From: Phoronis australis
Taxonomy: Eukaryota; Animalia; Phoronida
Length of the DNA stretch: 64,000 nt
Direction of reading: 5' to 3'
Assembly: GCA_002633005.1 (NCBI GenBank)
Contig: NMRA01000306.1
Location: 1-64,000 of the forward strand
A model generated the notes under the pieces. The model did no database searches and was not told the origin of the DNA. It saw only the letters and a list, made by a program, of their open reading frames with translations. Of this stretch, positions 48,301 to 60,300 are shown piece after piece (positions within the stretch are counted from its first letter, which is position 1; every line of letters starts with the position of its first letter). The translations under genes were made by a program, and so were the position numbers.

Positions 48301-51300
48301 NNNNNNNNNNNNNNNNNNNNNNNNNNNNNNNNNNNNNNNNNNNNNNNNNNNNNNNNNNNNNNNNNNNNNNNNNNNNNNNNNNNNNNNNNNNNNNNNNNNN
48401 NNNNNNNNNNNNNNNNNNNNNNNNNNNNNNNNNNNNNNNNNNNNNNNNNNNNNNNNNNNNNNNNNNNNNNNNNNNNNNNNNNNNNNNNNNNNNNNNNNNN
48501 NNNNNNNNNNNNNNNNNNNNNNNNNNNNNNNNNNNNNNNNNNNNNNNNNNNNNNNNNNNNNNNNNNNNNNNNNNNNNNNNNNNNNNNNNNNNNNNNNNNN
48601 NNNNNNNNNNNNNNNNNNNNNNNNNNNNNNNNNNNNNNNNNNNNNNNNNNNNNNNNNNNNNNNNNNNNNNNNNNNNNNNNNNNNNNNNNNNNNNNNNNNN
48701 NNNNNNNNNNNNNNNNNNNNNNNNNNNNNNNNNNNNNNNNNNNNNNNNNNNNNNNNNNNNNNNNNNNNNNNNNNNNNNNNNNNNNNNNNNNNNNNNNNNN
48801 NNNNNNNNNNNNNNNNNNNNNNNNNNNNNNNNNNNNNNNNNNNNNNNNNNNNNNNNNNNNNNNNNNNNNNNNNNNNCTTGGCGGTGCCTGTCTTCTGGCT
48901 ACCTGTCCCAAGTCTTTCTTTGCGAACCCTTTGCCCAACAAACCAGTACAGTGGGCGTCCATGTACTGTTGAGCGATGGCCGACATCTCGTCGAAGGTCT
49001 TCGGTTTCCGTTCCCTCAGGAATACGGACATCTCAGGATGGCATACACCCAGAAACTGTTCTCGGATCAGTAAGTCTCTGAGTCCATCATAAGTCGCCTC
49101 GACCTCCGCCAGTTGTGTCCATCGGTCAAAGAACCGTTTCAGTCTTGCCCCGAATTGGAACAATTTTCACCCTTTTCAGGCTTGGACTCTCTAAACTTTC
49201 GTCGGAACCCATCTTCGGTTAATTCATACCTGTGCAGCAGCGCCACTTTAAGTTGGTCATAGTTGTTAATTTGGTCAGACGGCATATTCTAGAATCTCTA
49301 GAGTACTTTGACCCCAGAACCCAAAGTTGTAAACACCATCTAAAAATAGATTTTGACGTTAAAATACATGTCAACAAGTCTGACCCCATGATTTAAAAGT
49401 AGATATGCACAAATTTTGGACAACTTAAAATGGATCTATTCTGACTAATTACTTAATCAATATTTATTCTGACAGCAAACCTCAATTGTTCTGTTAAAAC
49501 TATATGTACTGGCCGGTGGTCAGAAAAAAGTTTATCGAAAGCATGTATATGTTTCAAAGTAGTGAACCACTAAGTCTTGAAAACACAGTACTGCAGTAGA
49601 ACTGTACATTTGTAATATTTGTTTAATCTAAAATCAAAACATTTTCATTTTCTATCTTGACATATTCTGAATAAATTGTCATGACCAACAAGGCAAGATG
49701 GGTGTGGACCTCTCTGGCAGCAAGCCAACTCAAGTCTATCAGTGGCTTGACCAACAAAAATGTGAAGCAAAATAAAAAAAAACTTAAATATAAGAATCAT
49801 TGTTCTCACTACGAGAAATGACTGTTTGGTTCTCTTTTACATTGAGTTTTCATCAGGAAAAGTTGAAGTGCTTCAGTATTGTAAACCAAGCATTCAACGC
49901 GATTCACAGGACCACCCCCTAGCGGCAGTACCCGGAACTACGAAGTGAGTCAGAAATTCGCCCGATTGTTAGAAATTGACGAAATGTTCGTTTAGAACAA
50001 GTGTTTGAAATAGTTCAATTTAATGAACCCTTTAGTGCGGAATACAGTTCATTACATTCGCAAATTATGCTATATACCAATAAATTCAGATCGAAGTTGA
50101 AGGTCGCGGGAACAGGCGACTTTTTCAACTTTTTTAAAAGTGCAGGAAAGTGAAAACTACTTACATAATCGTGTTCGCAAGGCTCCCTTTTGTTCTTTCA
50201 CGAAGTTTCACGTAAAAATTCGCGAGTTTAGTCTTCTCCTGGGTTGAAAAACAAATAGCAGTCATTTTTGACCGGCAGCCATTTTGGTCTGAAAAATCGG
50301 TCACGTCCCTGGAAAAAACTCGTGCAAAGTATTATTAAACGAATTTTGCGACAAAAAAGATTATCAAATAAGTAAAACAATATATTCTTCCATACTTTGC
50401 AATAATTTTTATTCACATTTATTACATTTTTGAGTTTATTTTGATTGTAGTGAGCGAATTTAACACGGTGACAGATACGCGAAGCGATTCGCTGAAGAAT
50501 GCTGTCCTCGCTACAAAAGAGAGCTGGGCAGGCCCTTCAACTCTAAATGCCAGAACTGAGTTAATCAGCCGTGTAAGATATTGGCTACAGGGATCATCTT
50601 CCCAACTTGTTCTTGGGCTATAGAATCGAACAAGTTGGGAGCAACGGGAAAACGCCGTAGTGGTGGCTAAAACGAACGCTAATGTTGCTGCTAACAAAAA
50701 CAATAGCAACGTGAACGGTTTAAAGCGTCAATTTTGCCGATGATTTGCTAAGAGCTTGGGGCTTGAGTTATTCAAAACTACTGGCGTATTCGCTAGCACT
50801 TTGATACATACCGCTTACATAAAAGAGCACGCATGCGCAGCTCAAAATACGCGCCATTTATTTTCATTCTGTACAGTAGACGCATAGGCGGATTTAGGGG
50901 GGAATGCCCCCCCTACAGTATACACATAGGCGGATTTAGGGGGGCAGTCCCCCTTCTTGGCTGCCGCAAAAAAATAAAACAGCAAGCGCGCAGGGAAATG
51001 TTGAGTTTATTAATTAACCCCGGTAATTAAAATTAAACAGCTGAAACAAGATTTTAATGTGTGCAGTTCTAGTGTTGGGGGGGGGGAGGAGTGGGTTTAG
51101 GTCCAATTTCAAGTGTCAAATTCGGAACACGGCTCAATCGTAACGGAACTATGGCTATGTATAGGCTCTCCCGCGGTATCTCAGGCGTCCGGCAGTGGCA
51201 CTGGGCACTACGACTCCGTTTCCGTCGTCTGCTTCACTGTGCAATGAAGAAAATTACTTCCTTTTTGAAAGAAAATGGAATCTTTGTGATGATGAAAAAT

Positions 51301-54300
51301 AGAAGCTGCTGGTAAGATGTCAATTTTAATCGAAGCATTAGTGAATCACTCAGAAACTCATAATGCTCTCTTTGCCAAACCTTAACTTAAGACGATTTCC
51401 AAAGCCATCGCGTCGTTATTGCCAACACAAAAAACGGGTTTGGTCTTTTGGGCAATTGAAGACTATTTTAAATACAACAAATTTGTTACGAACGGATTGC
51501 ACAAAATGTAAAACATGTAATAACCATTACAAAAAGAAAGTTTCGCGCGCAAACGCTGTGGGCCATAAACAAGTAGGTCTCTTAGTATCAAATTAGGAGT
51601 TGAATCGTGGTTGTGCAGTGGTACCCGCGCTCTATCCGCCAGGTAGTGAGTTAGAGTCTGTGTCGCTTGCAGTTTTCCTGTTTGACACTTTCTCCGTTTT
51701 TTTGTGCTGGGAGCAAATGTTTACAGACAAAATGTTGCCCCCCTTGTGATATCCTAGATCCGCCACTGATACATAACAACGAATCTCCGTGAAAATGCAG
51801 TGAAAAGAGTCTGAAGTATTAGCAACCGGCCGGCTAATGCGGGCGTTCTTCGCATTCTTGAGTAAATTGTTGCAAGTTATCTTTCGAATTTGACATTGCC
51901 GATCATCGCTTTGGATTCCATAAGATCTAGGACAACCATGAATCACATTACTCCCAGGTGATACTTTTATTGTTCACGGTCTTCTTACAACCTACGTGTT
52001 GTGATGACTGATAGTGTAGACCGATGATGAATAGTGTCCAAGGACATAATTTAAAAGACGTCTACGTGTATGAACAAATGAGATGCTGGGAATTTATACA
52101 AATCCGAATTACATGTCACAAGCGTCACTAATACTAATTTTTAATAAATTGATGTGACAATTTGAGCCTGCAGCTCTGACCCAAAACTGTCACAAAGTCG
52201 TGACATCCAAAGTTCACATGTCTAAACATGAAAGTAGCCCGAAGATCGTTTTTAATGCTCGAGAAGTGGGTGGTACACTAGCCAGTCAGCTAGCTGTATG
52301 AAGAGTATTGTATATTTAGTGTACAGCTTTGCACCAAGGCTAGTGGTACAAAACCTTCGACACTGGAAGAAAACCTTTACAACTCCCCATAAAGCATGCT
52401 ACGCACCACAAGTACATGTACCCTACCAGGGCATATGATCTACATCCACAAACTGGCACACTTTCAGCGCACAATGGAAGTGACCGACGTGAGCGATAGA
52501 TGTTTTGTAGGGAGTCGTAAAGGTTCCGCTTCCGTGGTGAGCAACTTTCCGCCCTGATATGAGTTCTATTATCAGATCTTGATGTTGAAAAATGAGAGTC
52601 ACCTCGAGATAGGAAGAGGTCCCAAAATTGCCTGAGTGTTTAGTGAAGTCTCTACACACCATCATCTCTCTCCTATAAATTATTTTTGTGAAACCATCAA
52701 ACTAAGTGTTCTTTGGTCAAAACCACTTTCTTCCGCATATAATGCGACCCAGATGTGAATGGACGACTTTATACTCATTTGCGCGACACAAAGTGATTAC
52801 ATATAATCAAATATTAAATGACAACTGGAGTAAGATATTAAATTCAATGTCTAGCAATTTCTGGGCTTGCAAGCTGTTGCAATTAAAGAAACCTCGCTTT
52901 GCGGTAAAAAAACAACGCATTTTGGGATATCAGTGCAGCACTACCTGGCTAGGAGCTGCAGATACGCAGGTGATGCAGTGGCAGATCTAGGATATCACAA
53001 GGGAGGGGGCAGCATTTGGTCTGTAAACATTTGTTCAAAGCACGATTGTAGAGGCGCATAACACGGGGGGAGAAAAAATACCTGGACGGGAGGGGGGTAA
53101 TTTTCTGTTTTTTTTCCTCTAAAAATCAAGCATTTTCCTTTATTGCCGAAGTATTATCCAAGAAAAAAAAGGAAAAAAAACACGGGCCATAGACTCGAAC
53201 TCACGACATGGCGGATACAGCGCGCGTGCTTTACCACTGCACCACCGCAATTTACCTACTACTTAAATACTACGAGACCTACTTGTTTATGGTCCACAAC
53301 GTTTGCGCGCGAAACCTTCTTTTTGTAATGCTTATTACATGTTTTATATTTTGTGCAATCAGTTCGTAACAAATTTGTTGCATTTAAAATAGTCTTCAAT
53401 TGCCCAAAAAAACCAAATCCGTTTTTTGTGTTGGCAATAATGACGCGATTGCTTTGGAAATCGTCTTAAGTTAAGGTTTGACAAAGAGAGAATTATGAGT
53501 TTCTGAGTGATTCACTAAGACTTCGATTAAAATTGACATCTTACCAGCAGCTTCTGTCTTTTCATCATCACAAAGATTCCATTTTCTTTAAAAAATGAAG
53601 TAATTTTCTTCATTGCACAGTGGAGCTGCAGACGACGGAAACGGAGTCGTAGTGCCCAGCGCCACTGCCGGTCGTCTGAGATATCGCGGGAGAGCCTATA
53701 CTCAACCATAGTTCCGTTACGATTGCGCCGTGTTCCGAATTTGACACTTGAAATTGGATCTGAGCCCCCCCAAACACTAAAACTGCACACATTTAAATCT
53801 TGTTTCAGTCGTATAATTTTATTTACCTGGGTTAGTTAATAAACTCAACATTTCCCTACGCTCTTGCTGTTTTAGTTTTTTGCGGCAGCCAAGGGGGGGG
53901 GCCCTGGCCCCCCAAATCCGCCTATGTGATCTAACGGATTCAAGTTGAGAATTTCACTGAAATTACAACTCTTTTTTTTACAGATATCCATTGCAGATGC
54001 ACCCCATAAGTCCAGCTGTAACGTAACAGGAAACCTTTACATAAGGACACTAGATGGCTGCTACTACGACTTCTATGACGTCGGGACGTTCGTGTTTTAC
54101 AAGTCGAAAAGTCGAACGTTCGAGGTAGCTGGCTGCCTTTTATTCTACAAATAAATAACCAAATTGAATAAGTAAATAAATAAACGAATAAGTGGATAAA
54201 TAAATAAGTGAATGAATCAAAGCTTGAACAAGCAAATATACACGTAGGCCTTTTTTTACATGTACACGTGGTGCGGCATACACGTACCATTTTCTACTTC

Positions 54301-57300
54301 TTTACTAAATTCTGATAATTTTCGTTATTTTATACTTACATGTTAATAAACAGAACGAGGAGAGAAAATATAGGTTAGCCGATTTGTTTCACCAATTTTT
54401 GATTGGTTTTGAATTGTTTGGAAATGAAATTAGATAGGATTTTACGAGTTTTCACAAAGTTTAAATTTATTTCAAAAAACACGTAATTTTTCATCGACCA
54501 CCACGGTCTCCATGGGAACACCGATTATAATTTTTCGCGATTATTGTTAGAGAATGTTAGTTGGGTGCTTTTGTACCCGGATCAAAGATCTTGATTCATT
54601 TCCATGTATCGCAGACAAAATTTGAATTTTAGAGTCTCATTCGCCAAATAATTAAGGCACAGAAAATTTAAGGAGGTTTGACACAGTTTTAATTTCTAGT
54701 TAATTTTTTTGAATTGTCATGTTTTGTATTTTGGTCTTTACCTACTACGAATCTGCAAGAAATGGGTCACCGAATTACGTTTTTCCATTACGTCTAGCTG
54801 ATCAGAGGCACCTCTGGCAAAAATATGAAATTTTTATGAACACTTAGCCCTAAAGGAATCAATGATTGAATTTTTTTCAAAACTGGTTTCTTTCTTTGCA
54901 CGACGTCAGTATTATGTTTTAAAAGCTTTTTAAACCCGTTTAAATTATACTTGTTGGTTTCATACCTCGGCGCAAGCTTTTTTTTCTTCTTAATTTGAGT
55001 TTTTTTTAAAATTCTAGCGTTGCTTTTACAAAACAGTTACACAATTAATTTTTTCTTTTGTTTTATTTTGTCGCCTATCGTGTTTCTGAAACAGCTCTGC
55101 GTCACATAAGAATACGGAATTTGGCCTTCTCAAAAGCGCGCCAATTTCAAGGTCACGAATGCGCCACTCACTGTATTTTACTAAACGGCAATGTTGGTAT
55201 GGTGAATTAAGTTAAGTTGAAAAACAAGTTAAGTTGGCGTGAATAAATTTCGTCTTTTATCAATTGAGTTTGCCGTTTGAATTAAGTCACATTAATACAT
55301 GTATCTACGCTGGAGTTTGCCTATTGTTCAATATTACGTCATTTTGTCATCTGGGTTCGCTACTATTATTAAATGCCAACAACTCAAGACAAAATATACA
55401 TCGTTTGAATTAAATAATCTATTTGAAAAAACAATATTCAAACGTATCGTCAATGTTGTTAAACAATCACCGATTTTCTGTACAGCTTTTTTGCAAACTG
55501 CCATCAAATTACCCAATAGATGTATTGAAAACGTTAAAACAACGCGTTTCAAACGGAATTTAGCTTTACTAGGACCAAAAATATTTTAGGTTCAAATACG
55601 AACGTGGACGTCAAAAGAGAAGCAGGGAGTTTACGTCTGTGCCGTCGTCGTTCAAGAAGTCAGTGACGTAATTGCTTTTGATATGTGTCAAGGGCTATTT
55701 GGGCAAACAACGCTCATAATTGCGAAGCTGTCACCAACGCCCCTTGCGGCGGCAACCAAAATTGCCAGACATGCAAACGGCAAGGATTTCAAGGTACATA
55801 TACCTGTAGATTGGTCGACCGCATAGTATGCCATCTTTATCCATCCAGTAACGCAGCCTTCCAATAACCGTCTTGCATGGTCATTTAAAGAACACGGAGT
55901 TGTGTAGGGATGACAATTTCTACAAATATAATATTATTGTTTTACACTACTTTGGTGGACGCTTTCATTACAGTTTGACCTACATGTTAACAAAATTATA
56001 GAAAACCTACAATTTTGTTAAGGCTTATTTACAATTTTACATTTCGCGTATCGGAAATTGTGCTCACCGTTACTATTGCATGTTCAGCAGTCCAAAGAGC
56101 TGCATTTCTAGGCAATGATATATATTAAAGCAAGCTGTTCCATAGAAACAGGAACCTCGGTGTAAAACAGATATCTCGGAGTCGAAAACAGACTCCAGTA
56201 CCTTCAAAACAACTACCAAGCCCGAAAAACACGAACCCTAACCTTTACTAACGCTGTAGTGCAATCTTTTGCGTCGGCTTTCGGTGCCATAAAACATTGT
56301 GTCACCTATTGGCCATTTTCTTTTTTCAAGCTCTTCAATCAACTGATTTTCATCCACGAGGTTGCGTAATTGTCACAACAAATTAATCAACAATGGCACT
56401 CGAAAGTCGAAAAATATTTTTGTTTTTTCATTTTTGAATATTTTTTGAATAATCTAAAATTGACCAAATATTCACCGAGATAACAATGTGTTGAGAGTAT
56501 AGATTATGTTGAAATTCTTCCACAGACAAGTTGCACCAGTTTTACTAATAAAAGTCAAATAACAAAGTCAATATAAACTTACGTTTTATCATGCGCGCAC
56601 CCGGGGGAGGGGGTTCGAACGAGCCCCCCATTTGACAAAGTGGCTAAAAAGGTCCGCCTTAGAGAAACAAAAACTCAACGAGGCAAAACTCCACTAAAAG
56701 GACGCAGACGCANTAGGCAAAAATGTCCGCCTCAGCGAAACAAGTGCGAGTAAAGGAGACAAAACTCCAGAAAGCCCACAGGAATTCGGCGTGTATGCAC
56801 AATCCGTAGACCTGAACCTAGTGGTCCCGTCTTTTTAGTCCTCGTTGATTTTTTTTCAGTAAAATGTCCTCATACTGAAAAATTCGAGCCTCCCTTTATT
56901 TTAGGTTGTGTGCGCGCATGAGAAAACAACTGGAAAGAACTTGAAAATGCTTTAACTAAAACTTTGAGGCTTCTGACAAGGAAAATCTGAAAAAAAATGT
57001 CCGAGTTTCCTGTCCGATCCCCGGAGTTCCTGTTGTAAATGACAGGGTTTGTGTTTCTGGTACTGCTTAGCTGCTTTGAAGGTGCGGGAGGGTGTTTTTG
57101 ACTCCGAGATATCTGTTTTACACCGGGGTTCCTGTTTCGATGGAACACGCTGTAAAGGAACCCGGCGTGGCGAGACAAAACAGAAACCTCGAGATATTAA
57201 TGAAAATTACCTTATTTGGTTTTCTAAATATGGAGTGAAATTGACAGTATTTTAAATATAAAATATGGCTGAAGTACATTTCCACCGTAGTCTTGTTGGC

Positions 57301-60300
57301 AGTCATAGTCTTCAGGCGTCGACTCCACCGACACCAGGCATGAACATGCGTAAATATGTATGGCGTCCTAAAATAAGTGCAGCTCCCGTACGTCCAAGGA
57401 TTTCAGCAGTTGTACGAACTTTCATGTTGGGTTTATATTACTTCGGTAAGAATATTCACTGAATTGTTTCCGGTTACCCTGGAATTTCCGATGATTACCT
57501 GATAATTATTCCATTTAGTTGAAGTAGATTGTTCTTGGACATTCTCCCATTACGCCAACACTGAATCAATTCCTACTCACAAGTATACACATAACCTGTC
57601 TCTAAATATGTATTACCAGTCACGCCGTTGAACCTGATTTACCACATCAAAGCGTCGCTTTTGGCAGGCCCGATGAACCAAAAGACGCAGGTATAATGCA
57701 GGTGTCTTTCGTCATGAAATGGGTCTATTCGGAATACAAAGAGGGAATCAACAATTGGTCGGACTTCAAAACCACTTGTCCGGACTTCCAAACCAATTGG
57801 CTGGATTGCAAAACCCAATGGCCGGTGTTCTAACTTATTGGTCGGACCTCAAAGCACGTTGGCCGGTACCTCAAAACATGCTGGCCGCACCCAAAAAACT
57901 GGTTGGCCGGACCTAAGAAGGGATGGCCGGTGCTCAAACACAATGGCCAAACAAATAGCCGATTTTGAACAAAACAAACAAACTACTGCGAAAAGTGAAC
58001 ACTATAGATGTCACTTGAATCTTTCGAGACATTCAAAGCGAGTCTCTGAGAAAGTCTGGCCGTCGTGTTTGATCACCACTGCCAACTGGTTATGGCACCG
58101 GCCATCGTGTTTTGGGTCCATCCAACTAGTTTTCTGGGTGAGGCCATCGCGTTTTGAAGTCCGGACAAAACGCTTGATCACCGGCTATTTGGTTTTGCAG
58201 TCCGGCCAACTGGTTTTGAAGTCCGACCAATTGTTGATTCCCCTTGGAACAGTTATCGACGATTAGTCATTTTCGACAACAATCATCACATTCTCAGAGT
58301 CATTTTTAGAGGCGGTTATTACGGGAAAATTTCCTAACGATAGTGAATGCAGAACATTGCATATTTCCTTGCAGAAACAGGAATTTGCTTTGGGGACGGG
58401 GTGAAGGTGGTAAGCTGGAGAGTCTCTAGCTAATTACAGTCGTGAAGTCAATAGCGGAAAATCGCGTTTAATTTTTGACATACTTAAGCAACTTACAAAT
58501 GCGTGTACTGAGCGAAAACATCTACTCGCTATAGTTCCAGAATCCAACAAGTCAATTTCAGATGACACCAACTTCTTACTCACTCGCACGTGAAAATGTA
58601 TAACGAATTGTTGTAATACAGATTCTATGAGTTCTGGTTTCCACTTGCAAAGTGAACCAAGTGTTACTCGGCGAGAGAAATTTGTGACCGCACGGAATAA
58701 GCGCAGATGTAAAACTTCTCTGCGCTTTCTTGGATTAACTTTAATATATGAACAATTTGTTTTCCGTAATAAATAATAATATACTACACAAGAAGGGCCG
58801 TATGTATCATTCGCACTGAGAGGTGCTGCAGGCGTATTTTGCTTCGTGGAAGGTGGTGGGACAGTCATGTCGGCACTGTCGACGTTTCTCTCACGTGAAG
58901 TGGCGCCTTGGCGTATCATCGTGGTTAATATTACTGTCGATACAGGTTCATTTTAATATTTTAATGGTATTTGTAACAATGTTTTAGTCTGAAAAAGTAG
59001 GAAAAGTCGAAAAGTGATGACATTTGCTTGAAAAATGTTGTATTCAGTTGTCCCACATTCTACAGCATTTGCTAGCAAATTAGAAAGTTATTAAAAGAAT
59101 TTTGTGAAAACCGTTTATTTCCTTTAAGATTTATCTGCCCTCTGGTGCTGTGGTAGGTGTCAGTATACGTAGTTGGTACGGATTATCAGTGATGGTCCAG
59201 GCACCTCCGGCAGATTTTGACGACACCAGTGGCCTGTGCGGGTACTTCGATGGAAACGGAGATAACGACTTTATGCTTCCGAATCATACGGCATGGAGCT
59301 ACCCTGCGCAAGGCGACCGCCGCGACTGGTGGGGCAGTGAGTCATCAGAGTCATTTTCTACGTTTTGGAGGTAAGTAAACCAGAACGCGTTTAATATTTC
59401 TTTCACAAAGTAGCTAAAACGCATGCGCCCACCCAAGGGTGGCTCGGGGGGCTCGAACGATCCCCTTCCGAAGCGAGCAAAAAGGTGCGCCACAGAGAAA
59501 CAAAAAAGTCCGAAAAAGTAGTAAACGAGACAAAAAGTCCACTAAAAAGGCGAATGCACAATACATAGCTCTGAACATTACATTTTTAGCAAAAGGTCCA
59601 CATTCTCAAAAATTCGAGCACCCTATTTTTAAGTTACTCAAAACTGTTGTTGGTTTCACCAGCACTTTTGTAAAACAGACCACTTTTTTCGAAGGATTTC
59701 CCCATCAATTTTCGCTTTAAAACGATACAGGTGGTGATTAGGAAACAGACTAATTTCTGGCGATCTTGACCCCTTCGCGAAAAACCGTGTTTAAAAAACT
59801 GCTAGCGTTTTCGACACACATGTGCAGCTTTCTGTATACTTCCCTTTGTAGAATTAACTAAAAAAATGAACTTCGCAGTTTTTGAACTGAGAGTCACGGC
59901 TTTTGGGTTGCTCAATCGTGTTGACTTTAGACTATATATCGACTGGATGATATTGACTTGTGCGTGATCCGTTGGAGAAGTGATATCGTTTCAGTGGGGG
60001 AGTTCCGTTTGTTCCACGTTGGGTCAGGGGTTTTACCGCAATACGGATCTGGAGAACTGAACGGAACTGACGCAGTTCCTGGAGATCTGGGAAAATGGGA
60101 AACACATCTCTCAAGATGACGTACCTTTTAAGCAGCGAGTTCACCGATCCCTCCTTTGCTCTTCCAATTAGATGATAGCTAAGCTGGCACAATGCCCACC
60201 AAGGTTGGTGGCACTTCCCTACCAACACCTTCTATTGGAGAGCAACCAATAGATAACATTTTTTACCTCTTCGTCACGTCGTAAATCAATTAATTGAATT

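Larger units (their letters stand above)
44696..49474 (-). mobile_element. Ty3/Gypsy LTR retrotransposon, Gmr1-like (gag-[gap]-IN-RT-RNaseH), degenerate, tandem/permuted structure
   Basis: Minus-strand order: partial LTR 49474-49286, gag 49285-48878, N-gap, integrase 48108-47533 (TTPYNPKCNGLCER, TGFSPFELLYGR, WRGPY), RT (RFCIDFRRLN, MPFGL, YVDD), RNase H (TDASD, NYSVIE, TDHQPL) to about 45980, PPT, full LTR, PBS, gag start 44938-44696. Contains stops and frameshifts. Confidence 0.95.

Noticed and set aside
47992-49081. Plus-strand ORFs of 326 and 339 aa
   Set aside because: Mostly N-gap and antisense to the Gypsy gag/pol.
57719-58266. ORFs with repetitive LAGLQN-like peptides
   Set aside because: By-products of the ~20-bp subrepeats of a foldback element.
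59932-60228. 98-aa antisense ORF in a GC-richer intronic patch
   Set aside because: No recognisable domain or supported splice context; left unannotated.
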